This document shows, one piece after another, positions 36,201 to 51,400 of a stretch of DNA of 64,000 nucleotides. Numbering within the stretch: the first letter of the stretch is position 1; each line of letters begins with the position of its first letter. A program made the position numbers and the translations under genes. This DNA is from Chrysomallon squamiferum (taxonomy: Eukaryota > Animalia > Mollusca), in assembly GCA_012295275.1 (NCBI GenBank), contig CM022665.1, forward strand, positions 16,988,001 to 17,052,000. Reading direction: 5' to 3'. A model generated the notes under the pieces. It was not told the DNA's origin. It saw only the letters and a list, made by a program, of their open reading frames with translations, and made no database searches.

Positions 36201-38195
36201 GTAGCTATGCTTCATTTCTTCTGCATTGCAGCGATATACAGAGCAGAATGACATTTTCACTTCACTGTTATAAAAGTACATTAGTTTTTACTCTGCCCCC
36301 CACCCATTCAGATCATTCGAGGTAGTTGAATTTAACTTTTATCCAGTGAAAATGTCACTGTGTTTTTATTGGTCAGTTGTCTGTTACATTTGACTGAGGT
36401 AACAAACACAGTCATTATGTTGTACTATTGAAACTAGTTCCGGAGAAATAATGAAAATAACTACATGGGGATTATCTGTGAGAAAACAGTGCTAAAATTT
36501 TCCACTGAAATTTACAGAACAGTAGGGTTTTATGTTCATAATCATAAAACTCCAAAATGAACATAGAAGTCTAGTACTGGTCCTTTCTTCTCTCACAGTA
36601 ATAACTCAAACAAACAAACAAACACAGCTTCCGAGAAAACATGACTGATAAACATGAATCTTAAGAGGATATAACCAATTTCAAACAGTTAATTAGTTAG
36701 ATTCATTCTTGTTATCCTTTTTTTATTATTTATTTTCCCAATGATGAGCCATGTTTTTGATAAAATGCTAAATGACTGTGACTGGTAAACATGAACCTTT
36801 AGCAGGTATAATCAATTTCAAATGGTTATTTAACAGATTTATTTTAATTTTTTTTCCACAAAGATGAACAGGGTTTTTGATAAAATGCTAAGTTAAATGA
36901 TTCTTCAGGTGAAAAAAAAAAAAAAATCCTAAAATATCAATACATTCAAAAAAAAAGAAGAAAAAATTATTGTTAAAACCCCAAGAGACACAAATGTGAA
37001 AAGAACTTTGACAGAAACAAACATGTAAAGAGTGTTCATAACAGCACATCAACATCTCACCTTAAACTACTATTATACTCCCACATGGTATTATGCTCTA
37101 TTTCTGACTGTATCAACAAAATGTCTAAATATATGCCTATCTACAATTTCCATCAACAAGTAAAAATTACTAGTAAGTATACTAAATATATTTATATTGG
37201 TTTATTTTACTACAGCCAAACTTTAACACTATACATTTTTGTAAAAAAAAATAAAAAAAATAAAATAAAAAATAACAAATAAAAAAGAAGAAGTAAATCA
37301 AGTAAAATGTCATACAGTGTTTTAAGGGGTACAGGTCTTTTTTACACTAAATTAACATTTCTAATCACAGATACAAAAAGATTATGATTTTTAATAGTTT
37401 TCAAATTTTTATTATTTTTTTTTTCAAAATAATTTGTATAAAGAAATTCATGAATTAAACATTTACTTACCTTCTTTCATGCACCAGTTGAAGAGAAACT
37501 TGGAAAAACCCTGGTGAACAGAAATGAAAAAATACATGAATGAAGAAAGCAGAATTTAAAAAAAACCCACAACAACAATAAGGAAAAAAAAAAAAAGCCA
37601 AGCAAAACACACACACAGAAAAAAAAACACTAAAAAAAACAACAACAAACAAAAGCTAGTACAAAAAAAAAAACAAGAAATGAAACAAGATGTGCTAAGC
37701 CACAGAAGATCAAACTGAACACTTTGATATATTTTAATATTTTAAGTATCTATCATCCTGGATGATAGTGATGAGGAAAGTTCATGACACTCCTCCATGG
37801 ATTTCTCTTTTATCACTAAGAACAGTCTATGATAAAGTACTTAAAAAAATATAATGATACTTACAAAAGATAGGAGACTCATGAAAGATATAATGGTAAT
37901 TACAAAACATATAATGATACGTATGAAAGGTAACGATAATTACAAAAAATATACTTTTAAAAGAAATAATGATAATATTAGGTTGCCTCCAAATTCATGT
38001 CTGATGTCTAATAAAATGTTTTAAATTATTATAAATTTATTAGTTTATTCACTCTTACCCTTTCAGCAAACTGGTTTATGTAGCGCTGGAGTCTTTCTTG
38101 GTTGTCTGTCAGTTCACAAACCTGAATCAAGACGTCAAAGTGGAAATACTTCTCAGCTAAAGATGCAGCACGTTCATACTGTTCATGGGTCACTG

Positions 38196-38233
<38 letters not shown>

Positions 38234-41200
38234 GATCTTTGCCAGAATACATTTTGATCATTCATTACATACTTAATTAAATGAAAGAGTAAAGATGAAT
38301 ATGGAAGAAAATGAATGTAAACTCAATAAACGGATACACATATACAAATTATTGTATACATACAACATTTTTGCACATAAAAAAACACAGAGATTAACAA
38401 AACTGACATGTAAATACACACAGACACACACACTCTGGGAGCAGAAACAAGCTCGTATCTCTATCATTCAGAAACAAACGTTACAAACTAATGTGAATAA
38501 ACTAACACAGAGGAGAGATTAGCTTGGATCTCTCTTGTTCATATTTTTTGTGCAGCTTTTGATACAGCTCTTTCTTGTTAGGATTTCGTCTCAGAGATTC
38601 CAGCTGGCAACTGTAGCCATCAAGGAGGAGGTCGGCCATTCGTAGAACTTGCTGAAACAATATTCCTTTACTCTCTAGATCTGTGACTTCAGGCACAGCA
38701 TTTTCAAGTGTGAAATCAAACTGTTAAAACAGATATAAAATTAAAACAATCAGGTTGAACTGTTAATATATAGAGAAATTTACACTTATTTAATACATAA
38801 AATTCATTTGTTAATATATATGAAACTAAACTGTTTAAAATATATAAAATCAACTTGTTAATATATATATATATATAAAATTATTAAAATACATAAAATT
38901 AAATTGTTAACAATACACAAAATTAAAATTAAAATATATCGGACTAAACTATTAATTTAAAAGCATTAATGGTTTTTGTACATATTTTTTATTTATTATA
39001 AAACCTTTTTTTTTTTAATATATTTCCTGAAGCTATGATAAATAAATAAATAAATAACTGGAATTAAAAAAAAAAATTCTAAAAATATTTCACTCATAAC
39101 AATAATGATACAACAGTTGTTCCAACTGTAATAAACATACAGAAATGGAATAAAGCATTGCTATTATTTAATTTACCTGTTTTGATAGTAGAGTTCTCAG
39201 TCCTTGACTTCCTCCAGTTGAAGTCCAGGGTATATACTCATAGGCTGACTGTTCATCTGCCTCTGACTGGAAAGTGGAGGCTTTCATCTGTCGATACTGA
39301 AGAGCACTGCTGAGCATTCCCTGTAATGAAACAGAGTAATACAACTGATGAACTGACAGAGAGACAGTAACATACGTATCATCCAGAGCAAACGTTTATC
39401 ATTAATTCATAACGTGAAAACAACAAATACACCATGTAGACACACAAAAGTACATGTACAGACATTCATATATTAATATACTTATTATTCTGATAATTTT
39501 TTTTATCATTAATTCATAGTGTTAAAACATGAAACACAATGAAAATGCACACGTGTACACACAAACATGCAGATATATGTATATACATACATACATACAC
39601 CAACACTTAGAAACATCCTTTCAATCCAAACCAAATTTTTATCATTAATTCACATTTATCAATGTACCTCAAACAAATAAAATAAAAACACCAGCTAGAA
39701 AAACACACACAAATATCAATCAATATGTATATTCATACATAGATACATAAGTAACATATGTACATGAATGCATACATACATACATACATACACATACAGA
39801 ATCATAAGAACAACAAACAACAGACTATATCTTACTTCTAAAATGGTGTTGATAATGGCAATTTGTTTCACTTTCTGATGTGGATGAATTTCAGATGATG
39901 AAAGTTTCTCCATTTCATACTCAATAAGGGTTGAGACAATTTCATCAATCCTAGACACCTGAAAAACACACCAAATTACTTTCAGTCAGCTGTGTTCTGT
40001 AAAACATCCTTTATAAATATCAACAAAGGGTCATTCACAATGCTGTTTTCACAAATGTAATTCTATAAAAATTAATGTAAATCCAGATTAACAATTTTAA
40101 TTAATTTGATTCAAAACATTATATATATATATATATATATATTATTGGCTAAAATGTTGCAGATTTATTTGTTTTGTTGGTGATTTGTGTTTTAGAGGAT
40201 TTTTTTATCCCATGTTACTGAATCTGTCTAATTCACAGGAACTAAAATTCTAAAAAATATATTTAACAGATCTATATAAAGTCTGAGTTACCTCCCTGTA
40301 GAAAACATCTTGTGGAGTGAGGCCTGATGGGATTTCTGCTCCACGTTCATTTTCAAGTACATTTTGAATACAGGTGTCAATAACTGAAGAATGTCTGATA
40401 AATAAATAAATCAATGTAAATAACATAAACAAAAATATACAAACAAGTTTTCAGAACATTAATTCTACTACTCATAATAATAATAATAAACCTGATATTC
40501 ATACTGAACACAATTTTCATTTTGAAAAGAAAAATAATATTCATTCCATGAAAGGTGGAGAGAAAAAAAAAATATTGCTTTCTTTCAGTGACCAAAATTA
40601 TCTAGTCACAATATCCTGCCAATAAAAAAAAAATTATGAGTAAATAATAACATATTAAAAAAACCCATATACATTTGTATGTGTACACATACCCACACCC
40701 ATACAAATAATTATTATCATAATCATTATTATTAGAGTTTACTTATTAATTTTCTTGTCTGTTAACACATTCGTTATGTGCTAAAAGAAAACATACTAAT
40801 GATTAATAACAAAATAGAGACTGGAAGGTACAAGGTGATAACAGAATACAAAATATTTAAAAATGGCCTACTCGCTGTGCAGGTCTCTCAGTGCTACAGC
40901 AGCCTGCAGTTTCTCTGCATGTTCACACAGTAACAGTCTTGTAGATATCACTGTATCCCGCATTGCAACACCATCCAGCTGTAACGTATGTCATCATTAT
41001 TACTATTATTACTGTTATTATTATCATTATTATCTATTTGTTTGCTAGGATTTTTATTTATTATTATTATTATTATATGTATTATTATTGTTGTTACTGT
41101 TACCATTATTATTGTTTGTTTATTTTTTTAAAAGATGTGTTTTGATTATTAGGCTTTTTATTTGTTAATTCATAAAATGATACCGCTCTATCTCACATGG

Positions 41201-44200
41201 TAAAATCATCCAGCTTTAATACACATGTATAAAAACAACACATTATTATTTTATTATCTTTTTGTTAGATGTTTTTTTTTACTGCTAGGATTTTTATTTT
41301 TAATTAATGAAATGATATCACTGTATCATGCATGGTAAACCATCCAGCTGTAAGAAATTGTATTAAAACAAAGAAGAAAGAAAAAATCTCACTCTCTCCC
41401 AAAGATCAAGTTTTTTGAGAAAACTAATTAAATAATCGTGAGCTTTTTCCTTGTCTTTTAGCTGATGTTGGATAATTAACGAAGAGCTAATAGCAGCATC
41501 TGAAATATTAATTAAACACCAAGAATTAATTAATGAATACTGAACAGTGCTTTAAAACACATTTTAATATTAACATACATTAGGATGGAAAGAATGGAAG
41601 TCTTTGTTTTATGAAAGCATTCAACAAATGTTTAAGCACTGATTATAACATCAACTTATAAGGTGTGATTCCTACAGCTAAATGCTAAACAGAAAATCAA
41701 AGAAAACCCACAACTGCTCTGGTATGATCTCCTCTTTTTTTTTCTTTCTCACTATCAGCAGTAAGGAATTTTTGTATTTGCACGTTTCCAAAGACAGTTA
41801 AGAATATACAATGATTTTTGTCAAAAACAGTCTAAGAAAACAGCATAAAATGTCAAATATAACAATAATATAACAGCAAAAATCTACATTTATGATCTTC
41901 TTTGAAAATCTAATCATGGAGAATAGATCTTTCTTTTAGTTAATGTACAATTACCCTGTCTGAGACTCTCGGCCCATCGAGGGTCGGAGGTCGGATAGTC
42001 ATCGATGAGGTCGCGACTCAGTGCAATGACCAACTCATCCAAGTCAGAAGATGTTTTGCTGTCAACAGCTGCTGAAGGAAACAGTTTCTTTACAGCAGTC
42101 TGTGAGTCTCTCTGTAACAAACAATAGACAAGTTATACATTTAATTGAAATATTTAAATAAAATATACAATGTAAATAATTTATAAAAATAACCACATAC
42201 ACACATACATCAATATATAAAGATATGTATATATGTATACTGATATTACTTTTTATTGATGACAGAAATAAACAAAATATATATATATATTTGATTTGCT
42301 AGTATTACCATTTGGCTGGACAAAATGAAAAAAAAAAGAGAAAATCTCAGAGCACGTACACTAAATCAATTGTTTATATAATCCTATTAAAGATATCTAA
42401 AACAGCAACAGTATAATTAACTAACCTGAACTCGGTGCGAATCATTAGTAATCAAAAACAATGTTTCTTGTATTTTCCATTACTGTTATATTATTATTAT
42501 TATTTTAAAGGACAAGTTCATATTTTTAAAATCATACAAGGGAGATCAAAATGTATTACTTAGTATGTTGAAGTAATGACACACTGACCACTGATATGAA
42601 TGGATAAGATGGTGACCACTTACCAGATGACCACTAAGAGAATTGATGAAAGCAGCTTTAAGTCGAGTGTATCGGTCATCACAAAGGCTCATTTCTGCAA
42701 CCTTTGACTGAGGTGTAGTAAGCGATGACTAGTTTAAAAACAAATATAGTTAAGATAATTTGTAAGAATAACCAGGTTATTTTTAATAGTAACTTTAACT
42801 TGTATATAATTATGCTTGTGCATGTTTCAATGGGTATTTCATGGTAAGAATAAGTGTATAAATGGAAATACTGAATATTAACAAATTTAGAAAAGTAAAT
42901 AAAATCAATTATTTTGTCAATAATGCCACAATATTTTTAAATTTCAAAAAACCTGCAGTGGCCATAATTTTTTTAATTTTTACCAAGCATTTATAAATTA
43001 AGTAAAATGTAAAAAAATGAAATAAAGAAATAAATAAAATAAAAACCTACCACTTCAGATCTTATTAAATCAAAACGATCTGATTCATTAAGTATACTGT
43101 AAAAAAATAAAAATAAAAAATAAATTACTTAATCAATTATTATTGCTGCTATTATTATTTTTGTTACTGTACTTAGTTTATTAATGTATTTTATCTTCTG
43201 TAAGGAAATCATAAACCAAAATAATAACAGCATAAAAGCTTATTTTCAAAATACTCATTGATCATTATCTGTATAAAATAATTTAATAATGAGAGAAATA
43301 TTTGCATGAAAAATATTATATTAATAAAATAAAATAAATCCAATAGGATAAGATGCATATAAATCTGATATGCTAAGTGTATATGCATGCATACACACAC
43401 ACACACACACACACACGTTAAGATGTATATAAATATCCTTTTTTAAGATTAATACACACATAAAGTAACATGGATAATAAACAAACCTCTCCTCTCTTTT
43501 TGGCATTGATGAGACACAGAACAAACCTCGTGAGTATGAGAAAAAAACAGCTGTCCTTTCAGTGCTTCCTAACAAAATAGACAATATTTCACATTTCATT
43601 TATTATTATATTACAAACTTACAACTCAACAACAAAACAAATAATAATAATGATTAAAAAAATAAAATAAAATTCAATTAAATTAAATATTCATCATAAT
43701 TAAAACAATTTTTTATTATCTGAAATGAATAAAACAATATTACACAATTTTATAAAATGTATTAAAGCTATTTGTTCAAACAGGATCAAGACCATATATC
43801 TGGCTTCCAGAAAACTGAGATAATGATTTATGTCTCAAATAAACTTTTGCTCTTTTCTTTACTTTTCATTGTCTATTTTAAATTTTAAATTTACATTAAA
43901 TTTTTTGTCCACAAGATCAGAAAATCAAGTCACTTCAGCTCCCAAGCTTGGCTGATAAATGGTCTGATATCTTTATTACCATAGGTACATTTTAAGATAA
44001 AATAATTTAAAAAAAAATAATTTAAGTATTTTACACAATTAAAATGAAATCAGAGAAATATTCTACATAATTAAAAATATATTAGATAAATATTTCACGT
44101 AATTAAAACTAAATAGGAAAAATATTCTATATAGATAAAACAAAATCAGAGAAATATTAATATATAAGAAAAATATTCTGTATAATTAAATAAGTGAAAT

Positions 44201-46815
44201 TTTACATAATTAAAACTAAATTAGAGATGTACTTTACATAATAAAAACTGAATAGAAGTATCTTCCATAATTAAAACTGAATAAGAGGAATATTTTACAT
44301 AGATAAAACTAAATAAGAGAAAAATTCTAAAAGAATAACCTCAGTAAGAAACAACTTTACCTGCACCAAGAATCAGATCTTCGTAAGGCAGCTCAATTGT
44401 ATCAGCTACATCGGATTTCTCTGAAACTTTAAAAACATTCACAGTTAAAAAAAAGAAAAAAGAACGAATTTAAGAAAGTTTCAACACATTCTACGGTGAT
44501 TTAATATCAAATATTATTTTTTTAATTATATTACCATTACTATTTAGTATTTTTTGTGGAGATAACAGAGAAAACCTGCTGCTGCCACATTATAAACTCA
44601 AATTATTTCATTTAATAGTAAAGAGAAAATGTTTTATCTGAACTGAAAAAAATTTCAGTCTAAATACCTGATTACCTTTACTTAAATAACTTTATTACTT
44701 TTAACTAAAATATTAATTTTCTGAATTCAGAATAATTTCACAAGATGTATAAAGCACTGAAGAAAAAAAAAGATATTTATAATACATTTTTTTACTGACC
44801 TGAAACAATGAAGATGTTGTGTCTGTCATATATGAAGGCAGTGAGGTTGCTGATGTCAGGAACTAGTAATTTGTAGCAAAGAAAGGAATTCTGACAATCT
44901 TCCTATAACAAATATAAAACAAATATTTAAAAATTAAAAAATACGAAAAAGTAAATAAATAAAAGGTAAAACCAATGAAAAAACCCAGAACAAATTACAT
45001 CATAAAATATAAAGCAATGCAAATCCATACAATAAAATTCTGTTTCATATCTACTTTTCTGTTCTGTGCCATCAAAAATATTGCAGCAGTGCTTGGCAGG
45101 TTTTTTTCAAAATGGTAAATTTGTTGCTATTATCACTACTGTTCCACTTCTAGAAACTAATTTTTTTTTTTTTAAACTCTGAAATCAGAACTTTTGTACA
45201 TTACAATTTCTGATCAAACTAATTTTATAATAATAATAATAATAATTTAAAATCTACAGTTTTGTGTATTAAATGTGAAATTACTGTTTGGTAAACACTG
45301 CAGGTCAGAGGTCAGATGTCATCAATTAAATAACAAAGTACCCCAAGAGGATACACAAATAACCAAAGTGAATTATTATCTTAACTGAGAATAAACATCA
45401 AATGACTTCTGAACAACTGATTAATAAAAATGTGATTAAATTCTAGTTTTTTGCCTACATCAGCTATTTAACATTTTATAGATCTCTGGGCAATGACACC
45501 AACAAAGGTACTGCCTGGAGTTGTTAGAACAACTCTAAGATGACATAACTAGTGGTATAAACACTGTTTAATATAATAATTTCTCAATTCACCTCAAAAT
45601 GTTCAGTATATTCCAGTGTAGTAAACAATTCAAAACTTGTGGCAGGTTTGGTATCATCAGTTGGCAACAGAGCTGCAAAACGATATTAATGACAATGATC
45701 TGTTATTTAAATACTCTAGAATTATAAAACAAATTACTTTCAACTGCATTAATTTAAACTCTATTATTTATTTACATCTCTTTTATATAATTAATTACAA
45801 TTCTTATATTATTTCTTGTTTAACGACACTTGTGTGTAATTATTTTTTATAACTTACATCAAATGATATATGTTAATATTAAACATGTAATAGTGTTTTA
45901 TAAGCATTCATGCAGAAGATTTAAACGAAGTGGAAAAACTCCAATTTCAAAAATAAACTCACCAACAGCAAAATGCACAACAGCGGAAGACTCAAGATTC
46001 ATTCCACATCCAAGTATTAAAACTCCATTCCTGAAACAGAGAATGAATAAAACAATGAAGGAGAAAATGAAAGAAAGAACAAACAAACAGACAATATGAA
46101 TTAAGTTACAAATATTATTTTTTGTTTGTTGCTGCTGCTGTTTTTAAATGTGAAAGGAATAAAAACATTGGTCTTGAGTAACAAGATGAGGTGTAACCAA
46201 AATATCTTCTATGTGGTAAGGAAAGATATAGGAATAAGAATCAGTTATTTCTGACAAACCTTGTTGTTTTCATATCCAAAAGCCAAATCTTTAGATGACC
46301 CATTTGTACAGAATCTTGGTTCTAAGGTGAAAAAAAAACAAAAAAGACTTATAAAGTGAAGAAAAAAATACAAATTCTAATTTTTAAATTTTATTTTCTA
46401 ATATGAAAGTGAAAAAGTTTTAAATTTAAAAAAGTAAATGACAGATAGAAAGAAAGGTAAAACAAATGAAAAGAAGTAAAGAAGAAATAATGGTATTTTA
46501 TTACCCATATTTTTCTAGCTAGTGATGCTCCAAAAAGTCGTCCAACATCCACCTGATACACCAGCTGAAAAAAAAGAAGAAAAAACATAGTTCATTAGCT
46601 TTTTTAAATCTAAGTGTATTTTTTTTTAATTTTATTTGTTTAACTTTTCATATTGTAAACTCACTACTGCTACAAAAATTTTGACCAATGGGTGGGGAAC
46701 AACGTCAGTGAAATACTTGTCCTTTTGTACTAAAGTTTACCTTACTTTTAACCCATAACAAAGACTAAGTCATCTTCTTTTTTTTTATTAATTTTATTTA
46801 TTTATTTATTTATTA

Positions 46816-46871
<56 letters not shown>

Positions 46872-48394
46872 TAAATATATCACTTGGAAGTTGTAAATAT
46901 CAGTACATTTTGCTTCCATTTTGCAGTTGGCCAGCATTATTTCCATCAAATTATATTTATTAATAAATCATGTGACCAAATGAATGACTAGCTGCAAAAA
47001 TGCACTTATCTACTGTTGTGATTAGAGGTTGACAATAAACTGTTAAACTTTTATTCAAATTAAATTAATTGAGATGCACATGGCATCTGACAGAACAAAA
47101 TTACTTATTACAGATTACAATTAACAAACCAATATAAGTAGAGTTCTGAAACTGAAGAAGGCAGGCTACACTTCATTGTAAACAATCATAAGAATAAAAC
47201 TTTTGTTAAGTAAGTTTATCACATATGGCACGAGAATGTATGCAATATTTTGTTAAACACCCTGTTTTATTAGAAACTGAACATGGCTTTGTCAAGTGAG
47301 TGTGTGTGTGTGTGTGTGATTTTATATATACTGTTGTTTTAGGGGGAAATTGTTTATTGTTTTTTGGAGGTTTTTTTAGCTTAAAAATATGGCCGACACA
47401 TATGACCTAAATATGATTCATGATGGTTGACACATATATTTTTATTATTCTGTACAAAAAAACAAAACAAAAAGTTGCAATATGTTCTGTCAGGAATATT
47501 GTTAACTTTTATTTACAAAACTGATTTCCAACAAAAACTAAATTTCAGCAAAATGTTATCACACTTTATTATAAGCTAATGCACATCTCCAAAAATACTG
47601 AGGAAAAAAAAAAAAATGTTTTTAAAATGCATGAGTCACTATTAAAATGAAGTAGTATTTATGCTTTTTGTTTATCACTACAAAAGTAAAAGTTTAATAG
47701 TTTACCTTTTCTGGATACTCTTCTGATAGTTCCCATTTCTGCAGTACTGAATCAGTTAAAACAAAAAATGGTCTGCTTTCTTCGTCCATGCTTCCTGGCA
47801 CGAGGGCTTGTAGAGACTGAGAGAAAAAATCAAACAAAAAACCCCATCACTATGTAAATACTACATTATCAGACAAAAACATTATGTTGAAACTGATGTT
47901 TAATATAGTATTACTGGAATTTTTTCATATTTCTCTCTCTGTAATAGAATAGGCAAGGCAGTCTCAGATGAAAAATACTATTTATTAATCTATGTGGTTA
48001 TATTCTCAACCAAAATGTGTTACCTTCTGACATTAGAGATTCGTCTCTTTATAACAAAAACTGTTTTATCATAAACGTTATCCTGATCAACAAAGATTTT
48101 TTTGGTTTTTTTTTTTTTTGATTTTTTTAACTCATGGATTTTAATTTCAATATATACTCCACAGTAATGGTGCCACCCTTTTCCTCAAATCCTTCCATCT
48201 CCAAAATCATTTTTTTTATAAGTAAAATATTATTATCTGATACTCACAATTCCGGCGGTGAAGAGAGATGATGCTCCAAATATAAATGATGACATTCTTC
48301 TGCCAATACCTGCAAACATTCCTTGAGATGATTTTAATGGCTGGCACGAAATGGAATTCTGTGTGAATAAAAAAAAAAGTTTAATAATAATAAT

Positions 48395-48442
<48 letters not shown>

Positions 48443-51400
48443 TAACAGTTCAGTATTTCATATACTTAAATCATTGGTTATTTTAGTTTGTGTTTCAAAA
48501 GGGAAAGATCAGTAAATATTATCAGTATAATAAAAAATAGAATTCATCTATGTATGTGTTTTTAAGGTGACACAAGAAAAAAGATAGGACATATATATTT
48601 AATGATAGAAAAGTCAAGTTATTTAAAATAAATTTATAAAATTTTTACCTGCCCATATGAAGTCTGCAACAAGATGAGGGAACTGGTTGTTGTTGCTAAG
48701 AGAATGCCAAAAGGCTGAAAAAATTATATATATATATATATTTATATAAACAACAGTAAAAAAACATAAATAAAAAAAATTATAACATTTGAATATACAA
48801 TAATAATAATAATAATAATAATACAAAAATAAATGAATAAATACTGTAAATATTTTTGTTCTTGAAATAGTGGAATGAAACTAATCAAAATACATGTGCA
48901 TGCAATAAGTAAACTCAGCAGTGTTAATATATTTGATGAAGGTAAAGTTAGTTTCTAACTAACAATATAATTTACATTTTAGTCATCCAGTCAGACATTT
49001 TTTTTAATATAGATTCCTAAAAGAAAAAGTTTGCTAATTCATTTGTTCTGATAAAACTATTACAGTGTGGCCCATGAAAATTAAATTACATGGAAGGAAA
49101 GAAAATAACACAAAACAAATATGTAAATTTATCAATTAGAAGAAACTAGCAGAAATCATGTCTTAAAAAAATTGCAGTCCCCCTGTCACGTGAATTCCCC
49201 TAAGTTATAAATGTACTACCTGAGTCAGCTTGCTCTAGGGGTATCCGATATGGGATCTATGAATGCAGTATATTATAAATACTGTATCATGTTTTTGTAC
49301 ACTAGAGCACAACAAAACACTTTTAAAAACTGTATTTGCACTTGTGTTGAACATTAACTATAGTAATAAAAACTAATATAGATGAATAGAAATTTTGTAA
49401 TGAGACACATCAATCACATACGGGTTAATATTATGGGAACAGCAAATAGATATATATAGATACATATATATCTAACTAGTTACACAAATGTGGTTCAGGG
49501 GGCAGTTCTGCCCCTAACAAAAAAAATCTACAGCCTTTTATTAAGAAAGAAAAGAGACTCGCGTTATTTGGCATCATGTTATGAACCTTGCCGCTAGAAG
49601 TCTGCTGCCAGATCATTCTGTGAAACAAGAGCCTGTATGTAACACCTAGCACTGCCGAGATGATAATTAATCCTGCAATTCCCATACTTTTTGTTGATTC
49701 GGTAGACCAAATCAACATTCATGATACAAGTGACATTTACAAGCAGAAGGTATAGGTAAAGAAAATTTCTAAATAAAAAAAGATGCTATCATTCCCTTAC
49801 TGTTGGGTAAAGCAGAATACTTGTCTGTGTGACTTAAAATCTGGTTTGACATGACAGGTCATGTTTGTAAAGAGAATCATCTGAAAAATAATTACCTCAA
49901 AGTTAATGACACATGCACACTCCTCTCCTTTAAGCTCAGCACTGATTTCTGCTGTAGAAGACTCATAGGCTATGTTTGGCCAGTACCTGACAACACCTTC
50001 AGGTGAGACTGCGACACATGAAGCCATCTGACTGTCACTCATGTTAGGAATGATACACACCCTCTGAGAACTGTGGGCCAGGTCACTAGATGGAAGTGTC
50101 AGTTCTTTACACTGGACACTCTACAACACAATTTACAAATATTTAACATATATGACCAACAAAGTGGTAATTCTGAATATAAATATAACAGGAAATTCTA
50201 GATAAATAAAAATATAAGTGAGGATATGCTATATATAATTCTAAGACAGATAATTCTGGAATAAAATATAATCAAATGATATTTAAACAAGCACATAAAA
50301 ATATTCCTAAAATATACTGAGGATGTAAAATTAGACCCAGTGGTTTTCCTTTTGAAAAAAAGCTGTTTTCTGTTTCATTTTCATTTCAGGAATAAATTAT
50401 GTAATTATAAAACTAATATATAATACACTAACACAATCTGAGAAAATCACAGGAGGCCCCACAGATGCACTGGGACATACACTACCAGCATGTCTTTTTG
50501 AGTCTCAGGTTTTTTTTTTATCAGCATTTTTACTTTTCTTTTTCACTCTGTCAACTCAAATAAAATCTCTCTCTTTTTCTGGCAAAACAAACAAAAAAGC
50601 AAATCTCCATAATCTTTAAACTGCTTTGCACACTCTTTGGCATTTACGCTAGTGAGAGGCCCTTCTTTTATGTTTAGCCTTTTTAGCTGGTGGGTCCACC
50701 ATTGTGACAAATAATTTATAATTACAGACTATATGACATCACGTTTTACCTCAAAAGAGTGCCATTATGCTGAACACACTCACATTTATCTGAAAATTGG
50801 CAATACATGTACTCAAAGGAAACATGGTGGGGGAAAAAACCCTTAATATATCTAATGCACTGTGCATTTATTTCATCTAATTTGAAAAAGTATTTTGTGA
50901 AATATTATCACAATTGTAATTAAAACACAACTGATTCCATATGAAACAATGACATCAGTACGTTATGTTATGTACAGATCATACTGATAAAGCGATACCA
51001 TGGCGTAGATTTGCATTATTGTGTGAAAAGTATGCGTTAGTTGTGAAAGATTGAATTGAGATCAAAGACAACAATTAAAACAACTAAATGTATTAAAACA
51101 TAATTTTACAACTCAGTACAGACAGTTTTATTCAAAGTGGATCAGGGCTGACTGGCTGTAAAGAAAACGAAACTTCACTAAAACCATTTATTTTTATCAC
51201 TGCTATGACAGTCTAGCATTTGAATTATCTACTGACCCCAAAGACTAGGCGAATATAGAAACTGCACAAGTGTGAGTGCAAGCAGAAATCCAGTAAATGA
51301 AAATGAAACTTCACTAAAACCATTTATTTTTATCACTGCTATGATAGTCTAGCATTTGAATTATCAACTGACCCCAAAGACTAGTCGAATATAGAAACTG

